From contig NC_043007.1 of assembly GCF_006345805.1 (NCBI RefSeq), positions 52,452,001 through 52,516,000 on the forward strand: a stretch of DNA of 64,000 nt. Reading direction: 5' to 3'. The stretch is from Octopus sinensis. Taxonomy: Eukaryota. Made by a program: the position numbers and the translations under genes. Below, in pieces: positions 22,650 through 35,282 of the stretch. Below the pieces are notes generated by a model that made no database searches, was not told where the DNA came from, and saw only the letters and a program-made list of their open reading frames with translations. The first letter of the stretch is position 1. Each line of letters begins with the position of its first letter.

Positions 22650-23146
22650 CTGGAGATGTGGCTGGCTTCTTCATGACCTGGTGGGACAGAAAACTTAAAC
22701 AAATGTTAGCAGAACAGTCCACAACTCTTCTACTCTACAGTAGATATGTAGATGACATTAATATCATAGTTAGGACCAACTCTAGTGACGGTAATGTAGA
22801 AACTGAGAAGAACGTAATGGAGAGCATCCAGCAAAAAGCTAATTCCATCCACCAAAGTATCAAGGTAACTATAGTTTACCCTACTAAGAACCCCAAAAAT
22901 AGACTCCCTGTTCTTGATACTGAACTTTGGTTAGAGACTGTGAACAATAGAGTGCAGCTCCTCCACTCCTATTACATGAAACTATTAACTTCAAAATATG
23001 TTGTTCACAAGAACTCAGCTTTGTCACACAGCATGAAAATTAACATACTGATAGCAGACTTAATTAGAATAATGAACAATGTGTCCCCACTATGCGAACC
23101 CTATGAAATGAAAAAACATATACAGAACTTCATGCACTGGATATGA
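22650..23146 (+). mobile_element. PLE reverse transcriptase fragment
   Basis: FFMTWWD...YSRYVDDINII...IKVT...LPVLDTELW...YYMK...HKNSAL; the ORF N-terminus is microsatellite. Confidence 0.75.
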
Positions 23147-23169
23147 TCAGAAAGATAGGGTTCTAGTAT

Positions 23170-23520
23170 ACAGTGGGACTAGAAAGAAATTAGACAACAT
23201 TATACGTAATGTTTGTAACATATTTCGTCTGAAATTTCGAGCATTTCAGCAATTTTAACCAATTGCTGACCTCCATTTGGTGTGAAAACATTCCGTGTTG
23301 TATGAATATGTCCCTCTTTAAGAAACAGATTGGGTTTATTTACATTTGCGAAGAAAAAAAGATACCCTTCCCCCACCCCTAACCCTAACCCTAACCATAA
23401 CCATAACTCTAACCCTAACCCTAAAATAGATTGAAATGCAATAGATCGATACTAGGGTTATAATTATGGGTGACAATTTCATACGACACTGCTACGGAAA
23501 ATGGGATTTTTTTCTAGCGG
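23170..23520. repeat. Unclassified interspersed repeat with internal (TAACCC)n
   Basis: About 7 telomere-like hexamers at 23378-23425 inside non-telomeric sequence. Confidence 0.55.
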
Positions 23521-23544
23521 TGTCAAATATTCTCACAGTTCACT

Positions 23545-24600
23545 GGTCCCACTCCTGTGCTATATGATTGTTATATCGATGACTGTACCAGTGTGACCTT
23601 AATCTCCTGCAAACATCTTAAATCTTTCCTCTCCTTCATCCAGTCCTTCCATCACTTGAATTCTCCTGCATTGTTTCCAACTCCTCCATTGAATTTCTCA
23701 ACATTTCTATCAGCATACACTACTCTTCTCTTACCACCTCTATCCACTACAAATACACAGACTCACACTCCTACCTCAACTTCTCCTCCCACCTACCCAC
23801 ACCAAGCTCTGTTCCCTGCTCCCAATTTCTCCATCTATGCTGGCTCTGCAGTGATGACTATAACTTTGAGACCAAGTCACAACTCATGGCTCACCACTTC
23901 ATCCTACGTGGATATCCCCCTCAACTTTATCCACACTGCCCTTGCCTGGGTACGACCCATTGACCGTGCCTCTGCTCTCTCTTCCTGCACCTGCCCCACA
24001 CTTACCCACTTCCCTTTTCCCCTCACCTACCACTTCTCCACCTTACCTCTCCAATGCACCATTCTCCAAGCCTTCTGTCAACTCCAGTCCAACCTCTCCA
24101 CTTTTATACATCTCCCCTAACCCACCCTTCCCTCCTTCAAATGCACCCATCACCTGCATGACCTCCTGATCCACAATTTCTTCCCTACTTCTGCCTCCCA
24201 GCCTGGCTCCTTCCCTTGCTCTCACCCATGCTTTCACACCTGCTCCAACCTCTCCAACACAACTTGCCACATTAGCACTCATTTCTGCCCCTACCACATC
24301 ACCACCTCCTTTATCTGCACCTCCAGTAATTTTATCTACTGTATCTCCTGCTCTCCCTGTCCTACACTGTACATTGGTCAAACAGGATGCTGCTTGGCTG
24401 AGCAGTTTACTGAACACCTCTGAGACATCAGACTCGGCAAGGACACCCCAGTCTCACACCACTCCCACTCCACTGGTCATTCACTACAGCATCTGTCTGT
24501 GTTTGAACTGTCTCTGTACAAGCGCCACCTAGATTCCCACCATCGCCATGAACAGGAATTAATCTTCTCCCTTCATATTTAGCTCCTTATGATCTCAATT
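23545..24600 (+). mobile_element. Decayed PLE (RT C-terminal half plus GIY-YIG)
   Basis: YIDD...FIQSFH; CTSSNFIYCISCSPCPTLYIGQTG...EQFTEHL*DIR. Confidence 0.85.
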
Positions 24601-25760
24601 CGCCACCAGTCTTCATGTAGCACCAACCCACACACCTCCCAATTCAACTACCCACCCTCCACCCACATACCTGCACACTACCTACCTTGGTACCCTCACC
24701 ACACACACCACTATGCAAACACCCATACACACTGTTCAACTTATTACTCACATCACACATCATTTTGCACCCACCCACACACACCTTCCCACTCCATACA
24801 TACTAGCATCTAACATCTCTCAGTACCCACACCACATGCCATTATCCACACACCCACATACACTCTTAAATAGTGTCACCACACATACCACTACATGATC
24901 ACCCCTACTCACTGTTCAACTCAGTACACACACCACACGTCATCATACACACTATCACAGTCGCACACACTCACATGGTCATGCAATCACACACACCTTC
25001 CCACTCTACACACTAACACTCAATATCTGCCAACCCCAACCTCTCCTCACCCCATCCCACCTTACCTCACCCCACATCCTTTCACCCCTATCCTACCTCC
25101 CCTCACTGCTATCACACTTCCTAACCCCATCTCACCTCACACCTCTATCTTTCCCCCACAACACACAGTATTGACTCCAAAATGCACAAAACACCTGAAT
25201 ACAGATAATACACACACACAATACACATAAACACAGACAACTTTCACACACAAACATTCATTATGCACATACACACTATAGGTTCACAGACACACACATA
25301 TACACATGTGCACACACCACCTGAAAAAGCATACATCAACTGCTAAATACAAGCATTTGCACATGCACACACACATACATACACACACAATAGCCTCACA
25401 CATATACACATGTCTATACGAACACACATACACACACAAATACATAAAATGTGCATCATTCCACATAACGCATACACTAAGTTACTTGTACAAATGCACA
25501 TACACATGCCCATGCATTTGCACACACACATGATAATCCGTACACACGTCCATACACACACATACACACCAGTACATGAAAAGTTCATCACTCCACATAA
25601 TGTATACACTAGGTCACTTATACACATACACACACAGGCCCACATAATTTTCAGCTTGCCCATACATACATATATACTAACAAACTCGACCCCATTCACA
25701 CATACACACTCACACACACCATTCTCACATACACACTTGTGCTTGTGCATCTTAGTTTGT
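24600..25760. repeat. Degenerate CA-rich low-complexity tract
   Basis: Decayed (CA)n with overlapping H/T-rich spurious ORFs. Confidence 0.85.
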
Positions 25761-25896
25761 CTGAATCACCATTATTATCTCCATTTCACTCAGCCTCTTT
25801 CTTCCAACCATTTCATCATGCTGAACTGTTAATCCCTACAGATTTTCTCTCTCTCTGTTTCTTTTTGGTTCTCTCTCCATTTTCTTACCTCTTAAT

Positions 25897-25935
25897 CCTT
25901 TCTGTTAAAGGGTGTAGGCTTGAAACATCAATGAC
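25897..25935 (+). ncRNA. Degenerate hammerhead motif, same family as 9602 and 49371
   Basis: CUUU-CUGUUAA-AGGGUGUAGGCUU-GAAACAUCAAUG; downstream flank resembles 9640-9720. Confidence 0.45.
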
Positions 25936-26083
25936 TTTGCCATTCTTCCTGAGTGTTAAACTTATACACATACTTGTTGCTCCTTCACCTATCTTCAACT
26001 TTTGTTTTCTGTAAATTTAAACTATACACACACACACACACATACACACACACATATAGATGTGTGTGTGTGTATGTATGTAT

Positions 26084-29000
26084 TCATCATCATCATCATC
26101 ATCATCGTTTAGCGTCCGTTTTCCATGCTAGCATGGGTTGGACGGTTCAACTGGGGTCTGGCAAGCCCGAAGGCTACACCAGGCCAGTCAGATGGCTTCA
26201 TCAGGCCCAGTCAAATCTGGCAGTGTTTCTACGGCTGGATGCCCTTCCTAACGCCAACCACTCCGAGAGTGTAGTGGGTGCTTTTTACGTGCCACCCGCA
26301 CAGGTGCCAGACAGAGCTGGCAAACGGCCACGAACGGATGGTGCTTTTTATGTGCCACCGGCACGAGGGCCAGGCGAGGCTGGCAACGGACACGAAACGG
26401 AAGGTTCTCTTACATGCCACCGGCACTGGTAACACATCTGCAATTTCCATTGATCGATTTCCATTGATCGATTTCGATTCTGATCCTCACTTGCCTCAAC
26501 GGGTCTTCACAAGTAGAGTTTCGACATGCCACCGGCACTGGTAAACATCTGCAATTTCCATTGATCGATTTCGATTCTGATCCTCACTTGCCTCAACAGG
26601 TCTTCACAAGTAGAGTTTTGTGTCCCAAGAAGGGAAGGTATGCATACGTAGGCTGGCTCCATCCCATGTAGAAGGCCACGGGTTATGGACTCACTTGTCC
26701 TGCCGGGTCTTCTCGCGCACAGCACACTTCCAGAGGACTCGGTCTCTAGTCATTTCCTCAGTGAGACCTAAAGTTCGAAGGTCATGCTTCACCACCTCGT
26801 CCCAGGTTTTCCTGGGTCTGCCTCTTCCACAGGTTCCCTCAACCGCTAGGGTGTGGCACTTTTTCACACAACTATCTTCATCCATTCTCGCCACATGACC
26901 ATACCAGCGCAAACGTCTCTCTTGCACACCACAACTGATGCTTCTTAGGTCCAGCTTTTCTCTCAAGGTACTTACACTCTGCCGAGTATGAGTACTGACG
27001 TTACACATCCATCGGAGCATACTGGCTTCATTTCTTGCGAGCTTACGCATATCCTCAGCAGTCACAGCCCATGTTTCACTGCCATGTAGCATGGCTGTTC
27101 GTACACACGCATCACACAGTCTGCCTTTCACTCTGTGCGAGAGGCCTTTTGTCACCAGCAGAGGTAAGAGCTCTCTGAACTTTGCCCAAGCTATTCTTAC
27201 TCTAGCAGTTACACTTTCAGCACACCCGCCCCCGCTGCTGACTTGGTCACCTAGGTAACGGAAACTATCAACTATTTCTAGTTTTTCTCCCTGGAAAGTG
27301 ACGGAAGTTGGTCTCAGAGCATTTTCAGTGTTTATTGCTCCTGAGCATCTGCCACATACAAAAACCATCTTCCTAGTTAGCCTTCCTTTGACATTGCTGC
27401 ACCTCTTATGTGTCCATAGCTTACACTTGGTGCATCTTATAGAGTTTCTACCTACACCTTTTCTACAGATCGAGTAGGGCCATCTACCTGAAGGCATTTG
27501 TGATTTGTCTACCTTCTTACTTATTACGACTTTGGTTTTAGCTAGATTGACTTTGAGGCCCTTCAATTCTAATCCTTGTTTCCACACCTGAAACTTCTCC
27601 TCCAGTTCTGATAGCGACTCAGCAATTAGAGCAAGGTCATCAGCATAGAGGAGCTCCCAAGGGCATCCTGTCTTGAATTCCTCCGTTATTGCCTGGAGGA
27701 CTATGATAAATAGGAGGGGGCTGAGTACTAAGCCTTGGTGGACCCCTACCTCTACCCGGAATTCTTCACTGTACTCGTTTCCAACCCTCACCCTACTAGC
27801 AGCGTCCCTATACATGGCCCGCACAGCTCTCACTAACCATTCATCTATCTCTAGTTTCCTCATTGACCACCAGATAAGGGATCAGGGGACCCTGTCGAAG
27901 GCTTTCTCCATGTCAACAAAAGCCAGGTACAGGGGCTTATCTTTGGCTAGGTATTTCTCCTGCAGCTGCCTTACCAGGAATATAGCATCAGTAGTACTTT
28001 TCCCTGGCACAAACCCAAACTGCATCTCATCTAAACTAACTCTCTCTCTAATTAGTTGGGCTATGACCCTCTCCATAACCTTCATCACCTGATCCAACAG
28101 CTTGATACCTCTGTAGTTATTTGTATCTAGGGCGTCACCTTTACCTTTGTAGCAGTTGACTATTATGCTGCTACACCAGTCATTGGGTATGACTCCTTTG
28201 TGTATCACCTGATTAACTATACGGGTGACTAGGCTATAGCCGACACTACCAGACATTTTGAGCATCTCTGCAGTGATTCCTGATGGGCCTGGGGCTTTCC
28301 CTGTCTTCATGCTTCTAATTGCCTTAGCTACCATGGAACTATCAACTCGGATAGCTGGTCCCTCTGTTGGGTCAACATTCGGCAGACTCTCTTTATCCCA
28401 TTCATTTTCTTTATTCAGCAACCTTTCATAGTGGCATCTCCAAACCTCTCTCTCTTTGCATCCTCATTTAGCGCAAGTGAACCATCTTCCATGCGAACAC
28501 ACTTCTCTCCTACCACATCACGATTCTCTCTCACACACTGTCTTGCAACGCGAAACACCTCCAGTCTTTGGTCCTCACGGCGCAGAACATTGGCAAATTT
28601 TTTCTTATCTGCTTCCCCTCTGGCTAAATAAACCTGTCTCCTAGCTTCTCTTTTGGCAGTCTGATACAATTCCCTGCTACCCCCATTTTTCCAGACCTTC
28701 CAAGCCTGTCTCTTTTCTCTAATAGCCCTGTCTACAATATTGTTCCACCACCACATTATTCTAGGTCGAGAGGGGACTTTGCACCAGCCACAGATCTGGT
28801 CAGTGGCTCTCAGCAGGTTGTCCCTTAGAAACGTCCAGCTGTCTTCTACCCCCTGTGATGCTCTATCCCCTTCTACTTCGTCAGAGACTTCAAGTAATAT
28901 GTCCCTAAATCTCTGTCCATTTGCAGGATCTTTAAGCTTCCAGATCCTTCTTCTCCATATTGGTCGTCTTCTGGTTGTCCTCCTAGTCCTGATCCTAAAG

Positions 29001-29767
29001 TCACTAACTACCAGTTTATGTTGTGGGGTACATTCTTCACCTGGGAAGGTTTTGGCATTTATAAGCAGCCATCTCTCCCTTTGCCTTGCGAGGATGTAGT
29101 CAATTTGGCTGGTATGTTGGCCCGATCGGTAAGTGACTAGGTGGCTGGTAGGTTTCCTGAAGTTAGTGTTGCAAATCATTAGATTATTTGCATCACAGAA
29201 CTCCAGCAGCCTGGTTCCCTCCTCGTTGCGGGAGCCATAGCTATAGCCTCCATGTACGCCATGGAAGCCCCCAGCATGTCGTCCAACGTGACCATTGAAG
29301 TCACCAGCCACAAAGATAAGGTCTCTGTCGTTCGTCAACGAGGTAGTCTGCAGTAGTGTCATAGAATCGGTCTTTCTGTCCATCGGGTAGCCCCGACTGA
29401 GGAGCATAGGCTGATATAATGGTTGCTAAACTATGATGAAGCACTAATCTAATCTTAAGTATTCTGTCACATACTCTGATTACCTCAATTACTTTATCTA
29501 CCCATTTCTCAGTGATAAGTATACCCACGCCACCAACCCCGTCAGTGTTCCCTGCCCAGAAAATCTTGTACCTGTGTTCCTTGCCTGTGAGGAACCTAGC
29601 TGATCCTCCTCTCCACCTTATTTCTTGCATGCAACATATATCCACACATCTCCGTTCAAGCATCTCGACTATCTCACCAGACCTACCTTTCAGAGTGCCA
29701 ACGTTGAGGGTGCCAACCCTGAGGGTGTGGGAGGCATGGGTTCTAGGGACCCTGGGACGGTGGGACC

Positions 29768-29770
<3 letters not shown>
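26084..29770 (-). mobile_element. Near full-length RTE LINE (APE endonuclease plus RT), frameshifted
   Basis: LRVGTLNVGTL, CCMQEIRW, SAYAPQ, AGDFNGHVG, SQIDYIL, GKAPGPSGI, YRGIKL, QFGF, FVDMEKAFD, GVHQG..LSP, LLYADD; 3' UTR with internal repeats and (GAT)n tail. Confidence 0.97.
26412..26618. repeat. About 100-bp tandem duplication in the RTE 3' UTR
   Basis: acatgccaccggcactggtaa...cacaagtagagttt starts at 26412 and again at 26524. Confidence 0.9.
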
Positions 29771-29810
<40 letters not shown>

Positions 29811-29813
<3 letters not shown>

Positions 29814-30232
29814 TGTTGTGTCTAGGGAGAGTCATTCTCTTTTAGTGCTTTATAATTTAACACTCACCAGTAAAATTTCCACTTATTTCCTTCTTTATTT
29901 TTCTAAAATTTTCATTGTGTCTTGCAACCTTTTTAATAGTCTTAACTCTATCTGTTATTCACACTGTATTACTTTTTGCTTGTTTGTGCACAAGTATGTG
30001 GGTTAGTGTGTGTGTGTGCATATGCATGTATGTATGTATGTATGTATGTATGTATGTATGTATGTATGTATGTATGTATGTATGCATGCATGCATATGTG
30101 TGTATGCATGTATTTATATATATATGTGTGTACATTTGTATGTATGTATTCTGCATATTCATAGTTTGCGTGTTTTTATGTATGTGTGTGTGTGCTTGTT
30201 TATGCATGTGTGTGCATGTCTGAGTGTGTGTG

Positions 30233-30268
<36 letters not shown>

Positions 30269-30944
30269 ATTTTGCAACTATGTACCGTGTTTGTATGGAT
30301 GTGTATCTCCATATGTGTGGACATGTGTCTCCATATGTGTCCTTGTGTGAAGTAAAGTGTGTATGTATATATGGTCACGTGTTTCAGTATTCACAAATGA
30401 ACAGAAATGAAGCCTGAAAGACTGAAACACGTGACCATATATACATACACACTTCACTTCACACAAGGACACATATGGAGATACATATCCATACATACAA
30501 ACACAGTACATATTTGCGAAACACACACACATACATACTTAGACATGCTCCCACAAGGAGACAGAGGTACACACACACATATACAAACACACACACACAC
30601 ACACACATAAAAACGCACAAACATAGGCACGCAAACACATGAATATGCAGAATACATACATACAAATGTTCACACATACATACATAAATACATGCATACA
30701 TACATACATACATGCATGCATGCATATGCACACACACACACACACACACACTAACCCACACACATGTGCACAAACAAACAAACAGGAACACTGTGAATAA
30801 CAGACAGTTAAAACTATTGAAAAGATTGCAAGAAGCAATGAAAATTTTAGAAAAATAAAGAAGGAAATAAGTGGAAATTTTACCGGTGGGTGTGTTGAAT
30901 TATAAGGCACTAAAAGAGAATGACTCTCCCTAGACACAACAGTA
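29811..30944. repeat. About 1.13-kb imperfect palindrome, loop 30389-30420
   Basis: Outer arms are the 22283-type repeat; inner arms gtatatatggtcacgtgtttcagt / actgaaacacgtgaccatatatac match. Confidence 0.88.
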
Positions 30945-31003
30945 TATGCTTCAACACACAAACTCACATAAAGAATCTTGCAAATTAAATCTAGAAACAA
31001 AAT

Positions 31004-31029
<26 letters not shown>

Positions 31030-31035
<6 letters not shown>

Positions 31036-31470
31036 TTTAAATGATTGATACATAAGATGGAATGTAACTAGAAGCTTCATTTAGCACAACAATCATTTCA
31101 GCTCCCTTCTGCAACAGCTCCATAATGTGTAGGAACGATCTAATGATATCAAAGCATCACACAGTGCAGAAAGCCTCATCAGGTGATGTAACATGCTTCA
31201 AAAGTTATAAAATTTACATTTCGCTTTTGCTCCAAGTTAGATGTTGGTGAAGTGAGAAAAGAAGTGGTTGATAATAAAAATTAAAAATACAAGAATTTAA
31301 TGTAAATGGAGGGGGTGTTTATAGTTGTAGTAAGGAAGTGGGTGACAAAAAAATAAGAAATATAGAGAATCTAATGTAAATGGAGTTGGGTTTATGGCAC
31401 TGGATTGAAAGGTCCTATAGTGTGTGTAGATCTTTGATGGCTGGTTATGGCAGTCAAGTGTGGTCAAGAA
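31030..31470 (-). mobile_element. HHR-containing interspersed repeat, copy 1
   Basis: Reverse complement resembles 31866-32258; AUCAC-CUGAUGA-GGCUUUCUGCA...UGCAGAAGGGAGCU-GAAAUGAUU-GUU-GUGCU at 31083-31187. Confidence 0.75.
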
Positions 31471-31865
31471 TTTGGTGGGAGTGTGATTCTCGTCTTTAGA
31501 TTTGATGGCTGCTTACACCAACACGCACACAACCACATACTCACACATATATATACATATGAGCGTGTGCACATGTAAAAATACAGACACATGCATTCAC
31601 ACACCCATATGCACACACACCTATATATATATATATATATACATACAGGCACTCATCACTCATCCTGTTGTTAATTTCGTGCATATGCTACTCCAAGTTG
31701 GAGGAGGTTGTGTATGACCTCTTTATGTTATACTTGTTAAATATGAAGTGGCATTTATGTGATTTCAGGAATCACCTGTCCAATGCAACAAGGAACTGTC
31801 TAGTGATCTTCAAAGAAACATTCGATGTGTGAATTGGATTATACCAGAGTACAGTGTGGTTTTGG

Positions 31866-32258
31866 CTTGACCTCACTATCATGCTTGACTGCCATAGCCA
31901 GGCATCAAAGGTCTCTACACACTTAAGACCTTTCAATCCAATGCCATAACCCCATCCCATTTTTTACCTTTTTATCAACCACTTCTTGACTGCAAGTTTC
32001 CTCACCTCACCAATGTGTGTGAACTACCAGCAACACACCACCAGCACCTAACTTGGAACAAAAGCAAAATGTAAATCTTACAACTTTCGAAGTATGATTC
32101 ATCACCTGATGAGGCTTCCTGCACTGTGTGATGCATCTAATATCATTACATCATTCCCTACCCTCTAGGGAGCAGTGCAAAAGGCAGCTGAAACAATTAG
32201 TGTGATAAATAAAGCTTCTAGTTCCACTCCATCTTTTGTAACAATCATGTAAAACATA
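31866..32258 (+). mobile_element. HHR-containing interspersed repeat, copy 2 (inverted relative to copy 1)
   Basis: AUCAC-CUGAUGA-GGCUUCCUGCAC...GUGCAAAAGGCAGCU-GAAACAAUUAGUGUGAU at 32101-32206. Confidence 0.75.
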
Positions 32259-32534
32259 CCCAATGTACACCCAGGGATTCCTGACATAGATCCAGCAACA
32301 AAAGCGCAGTGATGCAGATGATGCCTGGCAGCCATAAGTTGTGAATGTGCTCTGCAGATACACTACCTGGGACTTACTTGAAACAAGGTTTGAATACTGT
32401 ATTTTAATACCTCCTTTCTAAACCTTAATTTTTAATTTTAGATTTAACTTATATATATATATTTCCTTGGATGAAACCATCCCTTCAAGGGGTTAACACA
32501 ACCCTAATTAAATATATGTGTGTGTGTATCTCTC

Positions 32535-33081
<547 letters not shown>

Positions 33082-33143
33082 AATATATTTACAAAGAGCA
33101 TAAAAGATATAGAATACTAAGTAGAGAATGCCTAATTTCTTAA

Positions 33144-33293
33144 CTCCACAGTTATTTCTGGAATCTTGGAATTATGTTATAATTGTAATGCTCATAATTA
33201 GCAGTTGAAATGTGCAAAAAAAGTCATGGCTATACAAGCAGCAAATGGTCAAATAGAGACATCACTATAAGATTGGCTTCCTTCATCAGGAGA
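33144..33293 (-). ncRNA. Degenerate hammerhead motif with long stem-loop II insertion
   Basis: CUC-CUGAUGA-A-GGAA...(~110 nt)...UUCC-A-GAAAU-AACU-GUG-GAG. Confidence 0.5.
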
Positions 33294-33479
33294 AAGAATT
33301 GCCAATACTTCATCTGCATCATTATCCCCATATCAGCTCACTTGGATTTCCCTTAGAGTTACTTTTTACATCATGGACCTAGTTCTCAATAAAGATTTTG
33401 GTGTTTAAATTAAAATCATCTGAGCACTACTGCATGTTTTCTATACTGAGCATTTCTAGGTCTCACATTTTGACTGTAT

Positions 33480-33630
33480 GTATGTATAAGGTGCATTCCA
33501 GAAGTATTGAGACTTTTTCAGAAAAGACATTTAATTTCAAAAAAGTACAAAATTCTAATTTCCTTCAGAGTAAGACCCTATGACTTTAATGCACTTGTTT
33601 AGTGCTCTGACCACTTTGTGAAGGCCCTTA
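33480..33630. mobile_element. Mariner terminal fragment
   Basis: tataaggtgcattccagaagtattgagac resembles mariner TIR starts. Confidence 0.45.
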
Positions 33631-33689
33631 GGATGTTCTCCACACTGAAGGTTCAGAGGGAATCCACTGGATTCCCTCTGGTCAAACAG

Positions 33690-33920
33690 TGGGAATCATC
33701 ATCATCATTGTTTATAGTGATCAAACGTATGTTCTGTACATGAGTTCACTCCCTCCATCAAATGAACGTTGCCTGAACAGGTACATGGTGTACAATGCAT
33801 CAGGTGTTGAAGTGATTGTAGAGCTTTGTGAATGAAGTATTTTGCTCAAGAACACAACACTCCACCTGGTCTAGGAACTGAAACCACAATCTCACAATTG
33901 TGAGTGCAACACCCTAACCA
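33690..33920 (-). mobile_element. tRNA-derived SINE remnant
   Basis: Minus strand tggttagggtgttgcactcac...ggtttcagttcctagacc...cttgagcaaaatactt with (GAT)n tail. Confidence 0.7.
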
Positions 33921-33955
33921 TAACAATAACAAGAATAATAATAATGATAATAATT

Positions 33956-35275
33956 TTTCTCTGTACAAGATATTGTCCAGTTCCAGGATCCCAAGGTACT
34001 TGTACTCACCATCTTTAGGGTCGCCCTTTCGCTCTCTGTTTGGCAATTCTAAAGCACAATGAAATGAAAGACAAGGTCACCATTGCATATTTGAAGTCAA
34101 AACTCAATGCAAGGAACCTTGTGACTACCATCAACATATGGGCTATATTGCCCCTATTCTGAAATGTACACGAGAAGTGATTGACCAACTTGATTGCACT
34201 ACCTGAAAGACAATGACAATGCATAATGTATTCCACCTCAGGCGAACTTACACAGGCTGTACATGAAGTGGTGTTAAAGGTGGACGTGGCTTGTATCAAC
34301 AGTGAAAGAAGAAACATGGCAGAGTGTTTGGTAAACAGTATGCTGCTAATGCAGAAGGATTTACTAACAATGGAGTTGAGAGTGCTAATAAATTCCAATT
34401 ACAAATATCCAATGAAAGAGAAGAAACACTACTCCACATGGAATTACACAGTTAGTTCCACTAAGAAACTAACAGATTAAAAGACCATGAAGGTGGCTCA
34501 GCAAAGGTGACCTAAAAAGAAGACTGAAAGTTTAAACATCACTGCCTAGGATCAAGCATTGGATACCAACTCAGTGAAAAGGGATATATATATCACACAA
34601 GTGCAAAGAACCTCTGCAGAATGTGTGGAAAGAAAAGTGTGATTCACGTTGTTAGTATTTGTGAAAGTCTTGCACAGAAAAGAATACAAGCACAGTCACA
34701 AGGTAGCCCAAAATCTTCACTGGCTACTATGCTGGTAGTATGGATATGAGGTAATGGGTGCTTGGTACCAAGGTATACCAGAAAATGTAATGGATGAAAA
34801 CGGGAAGGCAAAGATCCTCTGAGACTGACTTCCAGACAGACAAAGGTGTTAGACCACCGAAGGCCAGATATAGTAGACTTTAGAAGGGAGAAGCAAGAGT
34901 GCTTAATAATTGGCATGGCGGTTTCAGGAGATCAACATATTATCATGAAAGAAAGAGAAAAGGTCGATAAATATGGTGACCTGAAAACTAAGATTGCCAA
35001 GACGTGGCAGCTGTGAGAGTCAAACATAAAGGTTGTTTCTGTTGTCATTAGGGCATTGGGTTCAACCCAACCTGAAGAAACATCTGGACACTTTAGAAAC
35101 ACCTTACAATCTTGGTGTATTGCAAAAATTGGCTTTACTTGGAACTTCACACATACTGCATAAAATACTGTCAGTCTGAAACTCTTGTGACTTAATAGAC
35201 AGTACAAACCTCTGGTATACACAATATCTTCAATCTACAACATCACAATATTAGATACTGTGTGATGTCTTAAAT
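33956..35275 (+). mobile_element. Dong/R4-clade LINE copy A, 5'-truncated with 5' inversion
   Basis: Sense: EMKDKV..KSKLNARNL, RRPDIV and RLE C-terminus; antisense 33956-34046: DGEYKYLGILELDNILY. Confidence 0.8.
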
Positions 35276-35282
35276 AATAATA

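Noticed and set aside
23378-23425. Telomere or chromosome-fusion site
   Set aside because: Only about 7 imperfect hexamers in one orientation, embedded in an interspersed repeat
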